This document shows positions 27,695-37,730 of a stretch of DNA of 64,000 bases, piece by piece; position 1 is the stretch's first letter, and each line of letters begins with the position of its first letter. The stretch is from Myxococcales bacterium UBA1238. GTDB lineage: Bacteria > Myxococcota_A > Bradymonadia > UBA7976 > UBA1532. The stretch is taken from positions 16,638 through 80,637 of the forward strand of contig DBWM01000012.1 of assembly GCA_002309015.1 (NCBI GenBank). Reading direction: 5' to 3'. Below the pieces are notes generated by a model. That model was not told where the DNA came from, searched no databases, and saw only the letters and a list, made by a program, of their open reading frames with translations. Both the position numbers and the translations under genes were made by a program.

Positions 27695-29392
27695 ATGGCC
27701 GAACAACTGGGTGAGTTGCTGGTCCGCGAGAACTTGATTTCGCTCAGTCAGCTCAAGCAAGCACAGGATTCACAACGCAAAACGGGCGATCGACTGGCTT
27801 ATACGCTCACCAAAATGGGCATGGTGGGCGAACGCGATCTGACCAAGTTTTTGTCGAAACATTACGGCGTCCCTTCGATCAACCTCGACGACTACCACAT
27901 CGACGACGAGATCATTCAGCTGATCCCCAAGGAGCTGGCGTATCAGCATCAGGTGGTGCCGATTAACCGCCTGGGCTCGTCGCTCGTGGTCGCCATGAGC
28001 GATCCGTCCAACCTGCACGCCATCGACGACATCAAATTCCACACCAACTACAAAATTGAGGTCGTCGTCGCAGCCGAAGAATCGATCCGCCGCTGCATCG
28101 AGCATTACTACAACCCGCAGGACAACCAGTACGAGCAGATCCTCGACGATATCGATGCCGAAGAAGTCGAGGTGGCAGAAAGCGAATCAGAAGAGGACAT
28201 CGTCGATCTCGAGCGCTCGAGCGAGGATGCCCCGGTGGTGCGGCTGGTCAACCTGATCCTCGTGGACGCGATCAAAAAGAACGCCTCCGATATTCACATC
28301 GAGCCTTACGAAAAATCGTTCCGCGTCCGCTACCGCATCGACGGTATTTTATACGAGGTGATGACGCCGCCGTTAAAGCTCAAGAACGCGATCACGAGCC
28401 GTATCAAGATCATGGCGAGCCTCGACATCGCCGAGCGCCGTCTGCCGCAGGATGGTCGTATCAAGATCAAGATGGGCGGCGGCAAGGAGATGGACTTCCG
28501 CGTCAGCGTGCTGCCCTGCCTGTTCGGCGAAAAGGTGGTTTTGCGTTTGCTCGATAAGGGCAACCTGCAGCTCGATATGACCAAGCTCGGATTTGAACCG
28601 GCGCAGCTGCAAATCTTTAAAGACGCGATCCACAAGCCTTACGGCATGGTGCTGGTAACGGGCCCCACCGGTTCGGGCAAGACGACCACGCTCTATTCGG
28701 CGCTCTCGGAACTCAACAAGACCACCGACAACATTTCGACGGCGGAGGATCCGGTCGAGTTCAACCTGGCGGGCATCAACCAGGTGCAAATGCACGATGC
28801 GATCGGGCTCAACTTTGCGGCGGCGCTGCGTTCCTTCCTGCGGCAGGACCCCGACATCATCATGGTGGGCGAGATCCGCGACTACGAAACCGCCGAAATA
28901 GCCGTCAAATCCGCATTGACCGGCCACATGGTGCTCTCGACGCTGCACACCAACGACGCGCCTTCATCGATCCACCGTCTGCTCAACATGGGTATCGAGC
29001 CCTTCCTGCTCACCGCTTCGGTCAACGCGATCATGGCCCAGCGTCTGGCGCGCCGCATCTGCAAAGACTGCAAGGAGCCGATCAAGGTGGATCCGCAGCA
29101 GCTCATCAGCCTGGGCATGAGCCCCGAAGACGCCGAAAAAGCGCAAATCATGCACGGCGCCGGCTGCAAGACCTGCAACAACACCGGATTCAAGGGCCGC
29201 GTCGCACTTTACGAAGTGATGCCGATGCTCGATGAACTCAAAGATTTGGTCATCCAGGGGGCCTCTTCCGTTGAACTCAAGCGCGAAGCGATGCGCCTGG
29301 GCATGAAGACCCTGCGACAATCCGCCCTCACCAAACTGGCCGAGGGTACCACCACCATTTCCGAGGTCGTCCGATCCTCGGCTGCCGATTAA
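27695..29392 (+). CDS. pilB: type IV pilus extension ATPase PilB
   Basis: GspII_E N-domain (LGELLVRENLISLSQLKQAQ), Walker A GPTGSGKTTT and a tetracysteine motif CKDC...CKTC; 565 aa. Confidence 0.95.
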   Translation: MAEQLGELLVRENLISLSQLKQAQDSQRKTGDRLAYTLTKMGMVGERDLTKFLSKHYGVPSINLDDYHIDDEIIQLIPKELAYQHQVVPINRLGSSLVVAMSDPSNLHAIDDIKFHTNYKIEVVVAAEESIRRCIEHYYNPQDNQYEQILDDIDAEEVEVAESESEEDIVDLERSSEDAPVVRLVNLILVDAIKKNASDIHIEPYEKSFRVRYRIDGILYEVMTPPLKLKNAITSRIKIMASLDIAERRLPQDGRIKIKMGGGKEMDFRVSVLPCLFGEKVVLRLLDKGNLQLDMTKLGFEPAQLQIFKDAIHKPYGMVLVTGPTGSGKTTTLYSALSELNKTTDNISTAEDPVEFNLAGINQVQMHDAIGLNFAAALRSFLRQDPDIIMVGEIRDYETAEIAVKSALTGHMVLSTLHTNDAPSSIHRLLNMGIEPFLLTASVNAIMAQRLARRICKDCKEPIKVDPQQLISLGMSPEDAEKAQIMHGAGCKTCNNTGFKGRVALYEVMPMLDELKDLVIQGASSVELKREAMRLGMKTLRQSALTKLAEGTTTISEVVRSSAAD

Positions 29393-29418
29393 CCGAGCAA
29401 AACTGAACCGAGCAAAAT

Positions 29419-30486
29419 ATGGCCAGCTTGCATCAACTGTTGACCCTGATGGTCGAAAAAGGCGCCTCCGATCTCCACATCACCACCGGATCGCCGCCGC
29501 AATTGCGCATCGACGGGCATCTGATCCCCACAAAAACGCCGCCGCTCTCACGCGAGGAGACACAAATCCTGTGCTACTCGATTCTGACCGAATCGCAGCG
29601 CCACAAGTTTGAGCAGCAAAACGAGCTCGATTTGAGCTTTGGCGTAAAGGGGCTCTGCCGGTTCCGCGCCAACATCTTCGTGCAGCGCGGCGCGGTTTCG
29701 GGCGCCTTCCGCGTGATCCCCACCAAGATTCACTCGTTTAAGGAACTGGGCCTGCCCTCGACCGTAGAAGAGCTGACGACCAAGCATAACGGGCTCATTT
29801 TGGTGACGGGGCCTACGGGCTCGGGCAAATCGACGACGCTCGCTTCGATGGTCGACAAGATCAACACCGAGCAGCATTATCACATTCTCACCATTGAAGA
29901 TCCCATCGAATACCTCCACCCGCACAAGAACTGCATCGTCAACCAGCGCGAGGTGGGCTCGGACACGATGGACTTTAAAAACGCGCTCCGTTACGTGCTG
30001 CGCCAGGATCCAGATGTGGTGCTCATCGGCGAGATGCGCGACCTGGAGACCGTCGAAGCCGCCCTGCAGATCAGCGAAACCGGCCACCTTTGCATGGGCA
30101 CGCTCCACACCAACTCCGCCGTGCAGTCGATCACCCGTATCATCGATATGTTCCCGCCCCACCAGCAGGGTCAGGTGCGCGCGCAGCTGAGCTTTGTGCT
30201 CGAAGGCGTCGTGAGCCAGCAGCTGATCCCGCGCATCAACGGCGGCCGTTCGCTCGCGTGCGAGATCATGGTCCCCACCGCCGCCATCCGAAACCTGATC
30301 CGCGAAGACAAGCTGCACCAGATTTACAGCCAGATGCAGGTGGGCCAGACGCGCTACGGCATGCAGACTATGAATCAGTCGCTGCTCATGCTCCTGCAAG
30401 GTGGCGAAATCTCGCTCGAAACCGCCCTCGCGCGATCCAACGACGCGGAAGAACTCAAAAACATGATTCAGCAGGCATCCCGCTAA
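29419..30486 (+). CDS. pilT: type IV pilus retraction ATPase PilT
   Basis: 355 aa. GASDLHI, GPTGSGKSTT, GTLHTNSA, and AIRNLIREDK, which resembles the conserved PilT AIRNLIRE motif. Confidence 0.95.
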   Translation: MASLHQLLTLMVEKGASDLHITTGSPPQLRIDGHLIPTKTPPLSREETQILCYSILTESQRHKFEQQNELDLSFGVKGLCRFRANIFVQRGAVSGAFRVIPTKIHSFKELGLPSTVEELTTKHNGLILVTGPTGSGKSTTLASMVDKINTEQHYHILTIEDPIEYLHPHKNCIVNQREVGSDTMDFKNALRYVLRQDPDVVLIGEMRDLETVEAALQISETGHLCMGTLHTNSAVQSITRIIDMFPPHQQGQVRAQLSFVLEGVVSQQLIPRINGGRSLACEIMVPTAAIRNLIREDKLHQIYSQMQVGQTRYGMQTMNQSLLMLLQGGEISLETALARSNDAEELKNMIQQASR

Positions 30487-30642
30487 AAACCGAATCCTCT
30501 CCCCCGAAACCGCGCATTCTCCCTCCTTTTGAGTTCAAAGAGCCTCCCATTCCCTAAAAATGCCATTCTCCCGGCATAAAAGTTTCGCGCAGCTCAACTT
30601 GCCGTTAAGATCCCCCCAATTTTTCAAAAAAGGGAACAGCCG

Positions 30643-31854
30643 ATGGCCGATTGGATGTGGGAAGGCAGAACGCGTACCGGTGAAGCGCGCAAAGGGGTGA
30701 TGGATGCGGAGACGGAGGAGGAAGTTCAGCAGCGCCTGCGCCAGCAAAACATCATTCCCGACAAGATTCAGAAGAAGGCGAAAGGATTTACGATTTCGCT
30801 GCCGGGGATGGGCGGAAGCGTCAAATCGCAGGAGCTCGTCATCTTTGTGCGCCAGTTTGCCACCATGATCGACGCCGGTTTGCCGCTGGTGCAATGCCTC
30901 GACATCCTCGCCTCGCAGGAAGAGAACAAATACTTCCAAAAGATTTTGTACGAGGTGAAACAAAACGTCGAAGGCGGCTCCACCTTTGCCGACGCCCTGC
31001 GCAAATACCCCAAGGTATTCGATACGCTGTTTGTAAACCTGATCGCCGCAGGCGAAATCGGCGGTATCCTCGACACCATCCTGAACCGACTCGCCTCTTA
31101 CATCGAGCGCAACGTCAAAATCGTACGCCAGGTGAAAGGCGCCATGACCTACCCCATCGCCATCCTGGTGATCTGCGTTTTGATCACCTCCGGCTTGCTC
31201 AAATGGGTGGTCCCCACCTTCGCTTCGATGTTCCAGGACATGGGCGGCGATATGCCCGCGCTCACCGCTTACGTGATCAAAACCTCGGAATGGTTCCAAG
31301 AATACTTTTTATATGTTTTTGGAATCATCGTCGCACTACTCATCATTTTTATCAAAACCATCCGCACCGAAAAGGGGCGCCGCGCCTTCGACAAAATCCT
31401 GCTCAAATCGCCGCTCATCGGCAACGTGCTGCGCAAAAGCGCCGTGGCCAAGTTTACGCGTACCTTTGGCACCATGATCTCCTCGGGCGTGCCGATTTTG
31501 GACGGCCTCGACATCGTCGCCAAAGCCGCCGGCAACTACGTGATCCAGGATGCGATTTTATATGCGCGCACCAAGGTCTCCGAAGGCAGCAACCTGGCGC
31601 CCCCGCTCGAAGAGACCGGCGTTTTCCCGGGCATGGTGATGCAGATGATCGCCGTGGGCGAAAGCACCGGCGCCATGGACGTGATGCTTCAAAAGATTGC
31701 CGATTTTTATGAAGAGGAAGCGGAGCTCGCCATCGCGAGCATGACCAAGATGATGGAGCCCCTGATGATGGTGTTCATCGGCGGCATCGCGGGAACCATC
31801 GTAATTTCAATGTATTTGCCCATTTTCTCGATGGCTGGCAACGTCCAGACCTGA
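30643..31854 (+). CDS. pilC: type IV pilus platform protein PilC (GspF family)
   Basis: 403 aa with two GspF repeats (FTRQFATMIDAGLPL-like FVRQFATMIDAGLPLVQCL and FTRTFGTMISSGVPILDGL) and 3 TM segments. Confidence 0.95.
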   Translation: MADWMWEGRTRTGEARKGVMDAETEEEVQQRLRQQNIIPDKIQKKAKGFTISLPGMGGSVKSQELVIFVRQFATMIDAGLPLVQCLDILASQEENKYFQKILYEVKQNVEGGSTFADALRKYPKVFDTLFVNLIAAGEIGGILDTILNRLASYIERNVKIVRQVKGAMTYPIAILVICVLITSGLLKWVVPTFASMFQDMGGDMPALTAYVIKTSEWFQEYFLYVFGIIVALLIIFIKTIRTEKGRRAFDKILLKSPLIGNVLRKSAVAKFTRTFGTMISSGVPILDGLDIVAKAAGNYVIQDAILYARTKVSEGSNLAPPLEETGVFPGMVMQMIAVGESTGAMDVMLQKIADFYEEEAELAIASMTKMMEPLMMVFIGGIAGTIVISMYLPIFSMAGNVQT

Positions 31855-31866
31855 TGGAATGCGCGC

Positions 31867-33465
31867 ATGTCGCAGAATGCAGCCCTCAATTTAGGCCGCC
31901 TGATCCGCCTGATGGCGGTGCGCGTCGCGCTGATCACCCTCCTTTTAGGCTCAACGCTGCTGTTTGATGTTTTTGGCCGGGAGCCGCTGAACGCCCACAC
32001 CCAGTTCCCGATTCTCTTTTTAATCATCGGTACTTACGTTTTAACGCTGATTCACGCGTTTTTGCTGCACCGCTTTCCACTGCGGCTCCGTTTTTTGGCG
32101 GCGTTGCAGATCCTTGGGGATTTGGTGCTCTCAGCGGCGGTCATCTACATCACGGGCGGAGCCGAGAGCCCCTATTTATTTTTATGGGCACTCACGGTGC
32201 TCTCTGCGAGCCTGCTCTTTGGACGCAGAGGAGGTCTCTCTATCGCTTTTTTAGCGATCCTGCTGCTCATCCTGCTTACCGTTCAGCGCATCATCGCCTG
32301 GAACGCATTGCCGGCTCCAAGCATCGAGATCTTACGGCGACTGCTGGTCAACGCGATCACCCATATGACGGCGATCCTGCTCATCGGCCTGCTTTCAGGC
32401 TATCTGAGCGATCAGCTGCGCGCCACAAACCAGCAACTGCGCTTTGCAAACCGCGATCTGGCCCAGTTAGAGGCTTTAAACCAACAGATCCTCACATCCA
32501 TTCGCAGCGGGCTATTAAGCTATCGCAGCGATTTTACAGTCCTTTTTGCAAATCCAGCCGCATTGCAGCTGCTCGGGCTCACCCTTCAGGAGCTCACGGC
32601 CGAACCGATCATCAAGCGGTTTCCCAAGCTGGAACATGCAGAGACTACAGACTGGGAGGAATCTTATCCCACGCCCGACGGGGAGCGCATTTTACAATTC
32701 AGCCTTTCGCCGCTCGATGCGCCCGATGCACCGGGAGGTTGGATCCTGAGCCTCCACGATCAAACGCGCCTGCGTCAAATGGAGCAACAGGCCGAGCGCA
32801 GTTCGAGGCTCGCCGCCATCGGCAAGATGGCCGCAGGGATCGCCCACGAGATCCGCAATCCCTTAGCCGCCATCAGCGGCAGCATTCAAATGCTGAACGA
32901 TCTCGCAGCCCCCGATTCGCTCGAACTCAAACTGAGCGGCATCATTCACCGCGAAGCGGAGCGCTTAAACCATCTGGTCACCGATTTTTTGCGCCTCGCC
33001 CGCCCTGCGCCTCCCCAAAAAGCGCGCTTTAACGCCCGCATCTGGCTCGAAGAGATCGCCTCTTTATTTAAATCCGAAGCGAACGGCATCACATTCACGC
33101 TCGATTGCCCGGGAGATGCGATGGTCGAAGCCGACGGCGAACAGCTGAGGCAGGTGATCTGGAACCTGCTCAAAAACGCAGCCGAGGCGCGCGCAACCCA
33201 AATCACCTTAAAATGCGAGGCGTTACCCCACGAGGCGCGCCTTTGCTTCACCGACGACGGATCCGGCATTCCGCCCGACATCCAAAAGAAAATCTTCGAT
33301 CCCTTTTACACCACAAAAGACACGGGCAGCGGCCTCGGTTTGGCGGTCGTTCACCGCATTGTGGAGGAGCATGGCGGTCAAATCGAGCTGCAATCAATGC
33401 CCCACCACACGCAGTTTACGGTGCATTTACCCATTTCCCCTATCGCCCCAAAGGAGCCAGCATGA
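31867..33465 (+). CDS. pilS: polytopic sensor histidine kinase PilS
   Basis: About 6 N-terminal TM helices, a PAS-like segment, H-box HEIRNPLAAISGS, N box NLLKNAAEA and G box DDGSGI...GSGLGL. Confidence 0.85.
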   Translation: MSQNAALNLGRLIRLMAVRVALITLLLGSTLLFDVFGREPLNAHTQFPILFLIIGTYVLTLIHAFLLHRFPLRLRFLAALQILGDLVLSAAVIYITGGAESPYLFLWALTVLSASLLFGRRGGLSIAFLAILLLILLTVQRIIAWNALPAPSIEILRRLLVNAITHMTAILLIGLLSGYLSDQLRATNQQLRFANRDLAQLEALNQQILTSIRSGLLSYRSDFTVLFANPAALQLLGLTLQELTAEPIIKRFPKLEHAETTDWEESYPTPDGERILQFSLSPLDAPDAPGGWILSLHDQTRLRQMEQQAERSSRLAAIGKMAAGIAHEIRNPLAAISGSIQMLNDLAAPDSLELKLSGIIHREAERLNHLVTDFLRLARPAPPQKARFNARIWLEEIASLFKSEANGITFTLDCPGDAMVEADGEQLRQVIWNLLKNAAEARATQITLKCEALPHEARLCFTDDGSGIPPDIQKKIFDPFYTTKDTGSGLGLAVVHRIVEEHGGQIELQSMPHHTQFTVHLPISPIAPKEPA

Positions 33466-34862
33466 GCCGCATTCTGGTCATCGACGACGAGCTTTCGATG
33501 CGAGAAATGCTCGAAATCTTTTTTGAACGCGAAGGTCACCAGGTCACTTGCGTCTCGGACGGCCAGCAGGGCATTGCCGCACTGCAGGAAGCTTGCTTCG
33601 ACATGGTGATCACCGATTTGCGAATGCCCAACTGCGGCGGCATGCAGGTGCTCGAATATTGTCAGGAAAATTACCCCGACGTGCCCGTGATCGTAATGAC
33701 CGCCTTTGCGAGCACCGACACCGCCATCACCGCCATGAAGCTCGGCGCCTGCGATTACTTCACAAAACCCTTTAAACTCGACCAGGTGCGCACGGTCATC
33801 GACGACGCTCTGGAACGCCGCAAGATCGTGCTCGAAAGCCGCGCCGCGCGAACCAGCCTCTCCGCCGATCCCTCCGGGCATATCGTGGGCCAAAGCCCCG
33901 CCATGCTCGCGCTCTTCAACATGATCGCCCGCATCGCCAAAACCCGCACCAGCATTTTGATTCTAGGCGAAAGCGGTACCGGAAAAGAGCTCATCGCCCG
34001 CGCCATCCACGCCCAAAGCGACCGAAAAGAAAAGGGATTTTACGTAGTCAACTGCGGTGCCATTCCCGAAAACCTGATCGAAAGCGAGCTCTTTGGTCAC
34101 AAAAAAGGCAGCTTCACCGGCGCCCTTTCGGATCACGTGGGGCTCTTTCAGGCAGCCGACGGCGGTACCCTGTTTTTGGATGAAGTCAGCGAGCTGCCGC
34201 TCTCGATGCAGGTCAAACTCCTCCGCGCCCTGCAGGAACGCAAGATCAAGCCCATCGGCGAAACCCGCGAGCTGCCCGTCAACGTGCGCGTGATCAGCGC
34301 CACCAACCGCGATCTCGAAGCCGAGGTCAAAGCGGGCCGATTCCGCGAGGATCTGTATTACCGCTTAAACGTGATCGCCCTCGAATTGCCACCCCTGCGC
34401 GATCGCCCGGCCGACATTCCCCTTTTGGCGCAACATTTTCTGAAGCGCTTTGCCGCCGACTACCAGAAGCCGGTGACCGATTTTGAGCCCTCGGCCCTCC
34501 ATGCGCTCAGGCGCTACGCGTTCCCGGGCAACGTGCGCGAACTGCAGAATCTTGTGGAGCGGGCGGTCGCCCTCGAAGAGGGACAAAAATTGTCCCTAAA
34601 GAGTTTTCCAAAGTCAATTCAAGAAATTGCGCGTCCCATCACGACATCGCTGCCGCCATTGCCCATCATCGAATGGAATCAGAGCGAGACGGGCTTAAAC
34701 CTCGAAGAGGCGGTCGATGCGGTGGAACGCCGCTTAATTTCACAGGCGCTGGAGCAAACCGAAGGCAAAAAGAAAGCCGCCGCACGCCTTTTGGGCATCA
34801 CGTTCCGTTCGCTCCGCTATCGCCTTCAAAAACTCGACATCAAGGCAGACGATGAAGAATAG
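33462..34862 (+). CDS. pilR: sigma54-dependent response regulator PilR (NtrC family)
   Basis: ATG 33462 overlaps the pilS stop (ATGA). [10 protein letters not shown] receiver, AAA+ [14 protein letters not shown] (GAFTGA-type sigma54 contact loop) and a C-terminal HTH. The track extension from 33105 overlaps pilS in another frame. Confidence 0.93.
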   Translation: MSRILVIDDELSMREMLEIFFEREGHQVTCVSDGQQGIAALQEACFDMVITDLRMPNCGGMQVLEYCQENYPDVPVIVMTAFASTDTAITAMKLGACDYFTKPFKLDQVRTVIDDALERRKIVLESRAARTSLSADPSGHIVGQSPAMLALFNMIARIAKTRTSILILGESGTGKELIARAIHAQSDRKEKGFYVVNCGAIPENLIESELFGHKKGSFTGALSDHVGLFQAADGGTLFLDEVSELPLSMQVKLLRALQERKIKPIGETRELPVNVRVISATNRDLEAEVKAGRFREDLYYRLNVIALELPPLRDRPADIPLLAQHFLKRFAADYQKPVTDFEPSALHALRRYAFPGNVRELQNLVERAVALEEGQKLSLKSFPKSIQEIARPITTSLPPLPIIEWNQSETGLNLEEAVDAVERRLISQALEQTEGKKKAAARLLGITFRSLRYRLQKLDIKADDEE

Positions 34863-34900
34863 CCCATCCACAAACAGCACCGCTAATGGTGCCAAAATTT

Positions 34901-34911
34901 GTCACTGTGAC
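34901..34911 (+). promoter_or_regulatory. candidate enhancer (UAS) palindrome for the sigma54 activator
   Basis: Perfect palindrome GTCAC-T-GTGAC with a third GGTCAC half-site at 34918..34923, about 60-70 nt upstream of the -24 element. Confidence 0.35.
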
Positions 34912-34968
34912 GCAAAGGGTCACCCCCAGACCGAGTCCAAAATCCGCACGACATCATGGACTCAAAGT

Positions 34969-34984
34969 TGGCACGCTTCTTGCA
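34969..34984 (+). promoter_or_regulatory. sigma54 (-24/-12) promoter of the pilin genes
   Basis: TGGCACGCTTCTTGCA is an exact fit to TGGCAC-N5-TTGCA, about 33 nt upstream of ATG 35017. Confidence 0.85.
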
Positions 34985-35016
34985 TTAAGGATAGGCGTGT
35001 AGCGAAAGGATACTCA

Positions 35017-35523
35017 ATGACGCGAAACGCGCGAGCGCAGCAAAGGGGCATGACGCTCATCGAACTGATGATCGTCGTCGTGATCCTGAGCGTGCTCTCA
35101 CTGGTCGCCATGAGCGCTTACGAGCGTTACATCTATTCCGCACGCAATGCCGAAGCGGTTCAAATGCTCGGCGCCGTGCGGGTCGCTCAGGAAACGTACT
35201 TTGAATCCTTTGGCCAATATTGCGGCAGCAGTACGGTCGCAGTCTGGCCCACATCGGTGCCCTTTTCGGTCAAGCTTCCCTGGGATACGCCTCCCGAAGG
35301 CAACGCCTGGCGCGATTTGGGCTTAAAGACGCCGGGACAAGTCTGGTTCCAGTACCAGCTTTCCGCAGGCGCCAAAAACGGCAGCTCGTCCATCTTTTTA
35401 GACACGACGAAACCGTGGTTCTGGGCGCGCGCAGTCGGCGATTTTGACGGCAACGGCGCTCAATCGACGTTTGAAATCACCTCGCAAAGCGACGAGGTCT
35501 ACAGTTACAACCGAAATCGTTAG
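35017..35523 (+). CDS. type IV pilin-like protein (minor or alternative pilin, Met at +1)
   Basis: 168 aa from ATG 35017 with AAGGA upstream. Prepilin signal [38 protein letters not shown]. Confidence 0.8.
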   Translation: MTRNARAQQRGMTLIELMIVVVILSVLSLVAMSAYERYIYSARNAEAVQMLGAVRVAQETYFESFGQYCGSSTVAVWPTSVPFSVKLPWDTPPEGNAWRDLGLKTPGQVWFQYQLSAGAKNGSSSIFLDTTKPWFWARAVGDFDGNGAQSTFEITSQSDEVYSYNRNR

Positions 35524-35602
35524 GTTTCACTTTTTTTTCAGAGCCGTAGGGCTCAATTTCTAAAACCGACCGTTAAGGTCACAAACATTTGGAGTTTTTA
35601 CC

Positions 35603-36172
35603 ATGCGTAAGACCAACAAAAAGCCCTCCGGCTTCACCCTGATCGAGCTCATGATCGTCGTCGCCATCATCGGCATCCTGGCCGCCGTCGCCATCCCGGC
35701 CTTCATGAAGTACATCCGCCGCTCCAAGACCACCGAAGCGACCATGAACATCCGCAAGATGTTCGACAGCTCCGTGACATATTTCTCGGATGAGCACAGC
35801 GATCGCAGCGGAAACGCAATCGATCGCCAATTCCCCAAGACTCAGGCTAGAACACCTGGTAATCCTTCAGACTCAGATATGATGTGCCCCGGTGGTAGCT
35901 CCAGGAAATATACTCCTGAGAAGACCGGAAAAGATAGCATTTGGGCTACCGAAACTTGGAATGCCTTGAACTTTGCCATCGACGATCCTTTCTACTATGC
36001 ATATAGCTATGATAGCAAAGGCGTTGGCCACAATTCTCAATTCACCGCCCGTGCAGAAGGCGACCTCGACTGCAATGAGACTTTGTCTCTCTTCGAGCGC
36101 GTTGCTACCGTTGACGATCGTAACAACGTCGTCGGTGGTGCGGGCCTCTACATTGCCAACGAACTCGAGTAA
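35603..36172 (+). CDS. pilA: major type IV pilin PilA
   Basis: [46 protein letters not shown] with GGAG RBS. Sits at the pilA position after pilS-pilR. The C-terminal half has lower G+C than the N-terminal helix region. Confidence 0.9.
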   Translation: MRKTNKKPSGFTLIELMIVVAIIGILAAVAIPAFMKYIRRSKTTEATMNIRKMFDSSVTYFSDEHSDRSGNAIDRQFPKTQARTPGNPSDSDMMCPGGSSRKYTPEKTGKDSIWATETWNALNFAIDDPFYYAYSYDSKGVGHNSQFTARAEGDLDCNETLSLFERVATVDDRNNVVGGAGLYIANELE

Positions 36173-36214
36173 TCCCCTCTTTTCTCTTCCAATTTCCTCT
36201 ATTCCATCCCCTCT

Positions 36215-37396
36215 ATGAAATTGAATGCATCGGACCGCGCGATGTCGCGCGGCTTCGCTGATCATGCCCCCCTTTTCTATACGATTGCCGCTTCAGCACT
36301 CGTTTTAGTCACAATACTACAATACCTTATCATCATGGCATCGGCCATTGCGGCAAAAGAATTGCCCGACAACGCCGAATACCAAATTGCAGACTGGTTA
36401 ATTAATTACCAAGGCGGTTTTGTACGCAGGGGATTCATAGGCCAGCTGCTGTATTTCATTTCCGACAGTCCATCTGTCACTATGTATATCACGCTCTCTC
36501 TGCAAGCAGGAATTCTCATTGTGGCCACAACCCTCACAATGCGTCTCTTCTTAAAAACACAGCGTGAGCTTACCTGGTGTATTTTCCTCTTCTCGCCTCT
36601 ATTCTTTATCGAATTCCAATTTTTAAATGAATATGGCTCTTTCTTTAAAGAAATTATCGTTTACTTAGCGCTTCCGCTCTATCTTTTAGGATTGCATAAC
36701 AATCAGCGTTGGCAACGCATCCTCGCTATGATGATCTATACAGTGGGGGCTTTCTCACATGAGCTCATCTCGCTCTGCATCATCTTTTTTGTTTGGCCCA
36801 TTTGGCAAGCCATTCGTGAACAAAATCGGCGCGATTTATGGCCTGAGCTCATTCCCCTGGTGCTCATCGCTGGGATTTCAGCCATAACCGCATTTTTATT
36901 CAATGGAAATCCAGAGATTTCAAAAGGCATCTGCCAATCACTGATCATTAAAGGTTTCGATCCCATGATCTGTGAATGTGGATCCATTGGATGGATCAGC
37001 AGCGATATCAACGGAACCCTCGCATGGAGCAACATATTAAAAGATGGTGGCTACGTCATCTGGCCTTATGTGGGGGAAGCTGTTGTGGGTTCTATCCCTT
37101 TCTTTGCCATTAAGGATCTGAAACGCCATCTTATCTGGCTGATATTAGGGCTCATCGCGTTCGCACCTCTTTTTATTCTGGCATACGACTATGGTCGATG
37201 GATGAGCTTGTTTTTCACTTTGAGCGCAATCAACTTCTTCTATATCTCAATCCACAAGGATTTCGCACTTCGCAAGATCTCGCTGATTCCCATCCTGCTC
37301 TATTGCTGCTGCTGGAGCGTAACCCATTTTCTGGCACATACCTTTAACTTCGGATTGCTGAATCCGATTGCTTTATACTTGTTTCAAAACATGTAA
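36215..37396 (+). CDS. polytopic inner-membrane protein (about 9-10 TM), candidate GT-C/Wzy-like pilin-modifying enzyme
   Basis: 393 aa, highly hydrophobic, lying in low-GC DNA directly after pilA. No soluble domain. The functional call is positional inference only. Confidence 0.6.
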   Translation: MKLNASDRAMSRGFADHAPLFYTIAASALVLVTILQYLIIMASAIAAKELPDNAEYQIADWLINYQGGFVRRGFIGQLLYFISDSPSVTMYITLSLQAGILIVATTLTMRLFLKTQRELTWCIFLFSPLFFIEFQFLNEYGSFFKEIIVYLALPLYLLGLHNNQRWQRILAMMIYTVGAFSHELISLCIIFFVWPIWQAIREQNRRDLWPELIPLVLIAGISAITAFLFNGNPEISKGICQSLIIKGFDPMICECGSIGWISSDINGTLAWSNILKDGGYVIWPYVGEAVVGSIPFFAIKDLKRHLIWLILGLIAFAPLFILAYDYGRWMSLFFTLSAINFFYISIHKDFALRKISLIPILLYCCCWSVTHFLAHTFNFGLLNPIALYLFQNM

Positions 37397-37730
37397 CATC
37401 CCCAGACTCTGTTATCTAAATCCAACGATATTCACCCTAAAGATTAGCCATAAGTACGAAATAGCAGACAATCATTTGCCAATCACTTGGCACCGCGCAG
37501 CAATCACAAAAGATTCCTTCACATACACCATCGTTCCAGCTGCAATCCATTGCAATAGCGCAATATCCACATAGATTATTCTCAAAATCAAACCAGATTC
37601 AAACTTATTCATCCGATATCGCGCAATAATTATTTATAATTAAAGCACAGTCTCAATCACCCGTGTTCAAATCCGATTGATTAAGCGCACACTCATCATC
37701 GTTCACGCAGTTATTCTATTGAATTCAAAA

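Noticed and set aside
33105-33461. N-terminal extensions of ORF-track models for pilR (from 33105), glmU, ilvE, the helicase, rplU, rpsP, the gltC-like gene at 51957, the OMP-neighbour pilin at 24997 and others.
   Set aside because: The extensions overlap upstream genes or promoters, lack family similarity, and internal ATGs with an RBS or 4-nt stop/start overlaps give canonical N-termini.
37488-37506. TGGCAC in the AT-rich spacer, considered as a third sigma54 promoter.
   Set aside because: The downstream GC dinucleotide is one position out of register (TGGCACCGCGCAGCA), and there is no plus-strand gene downstream.
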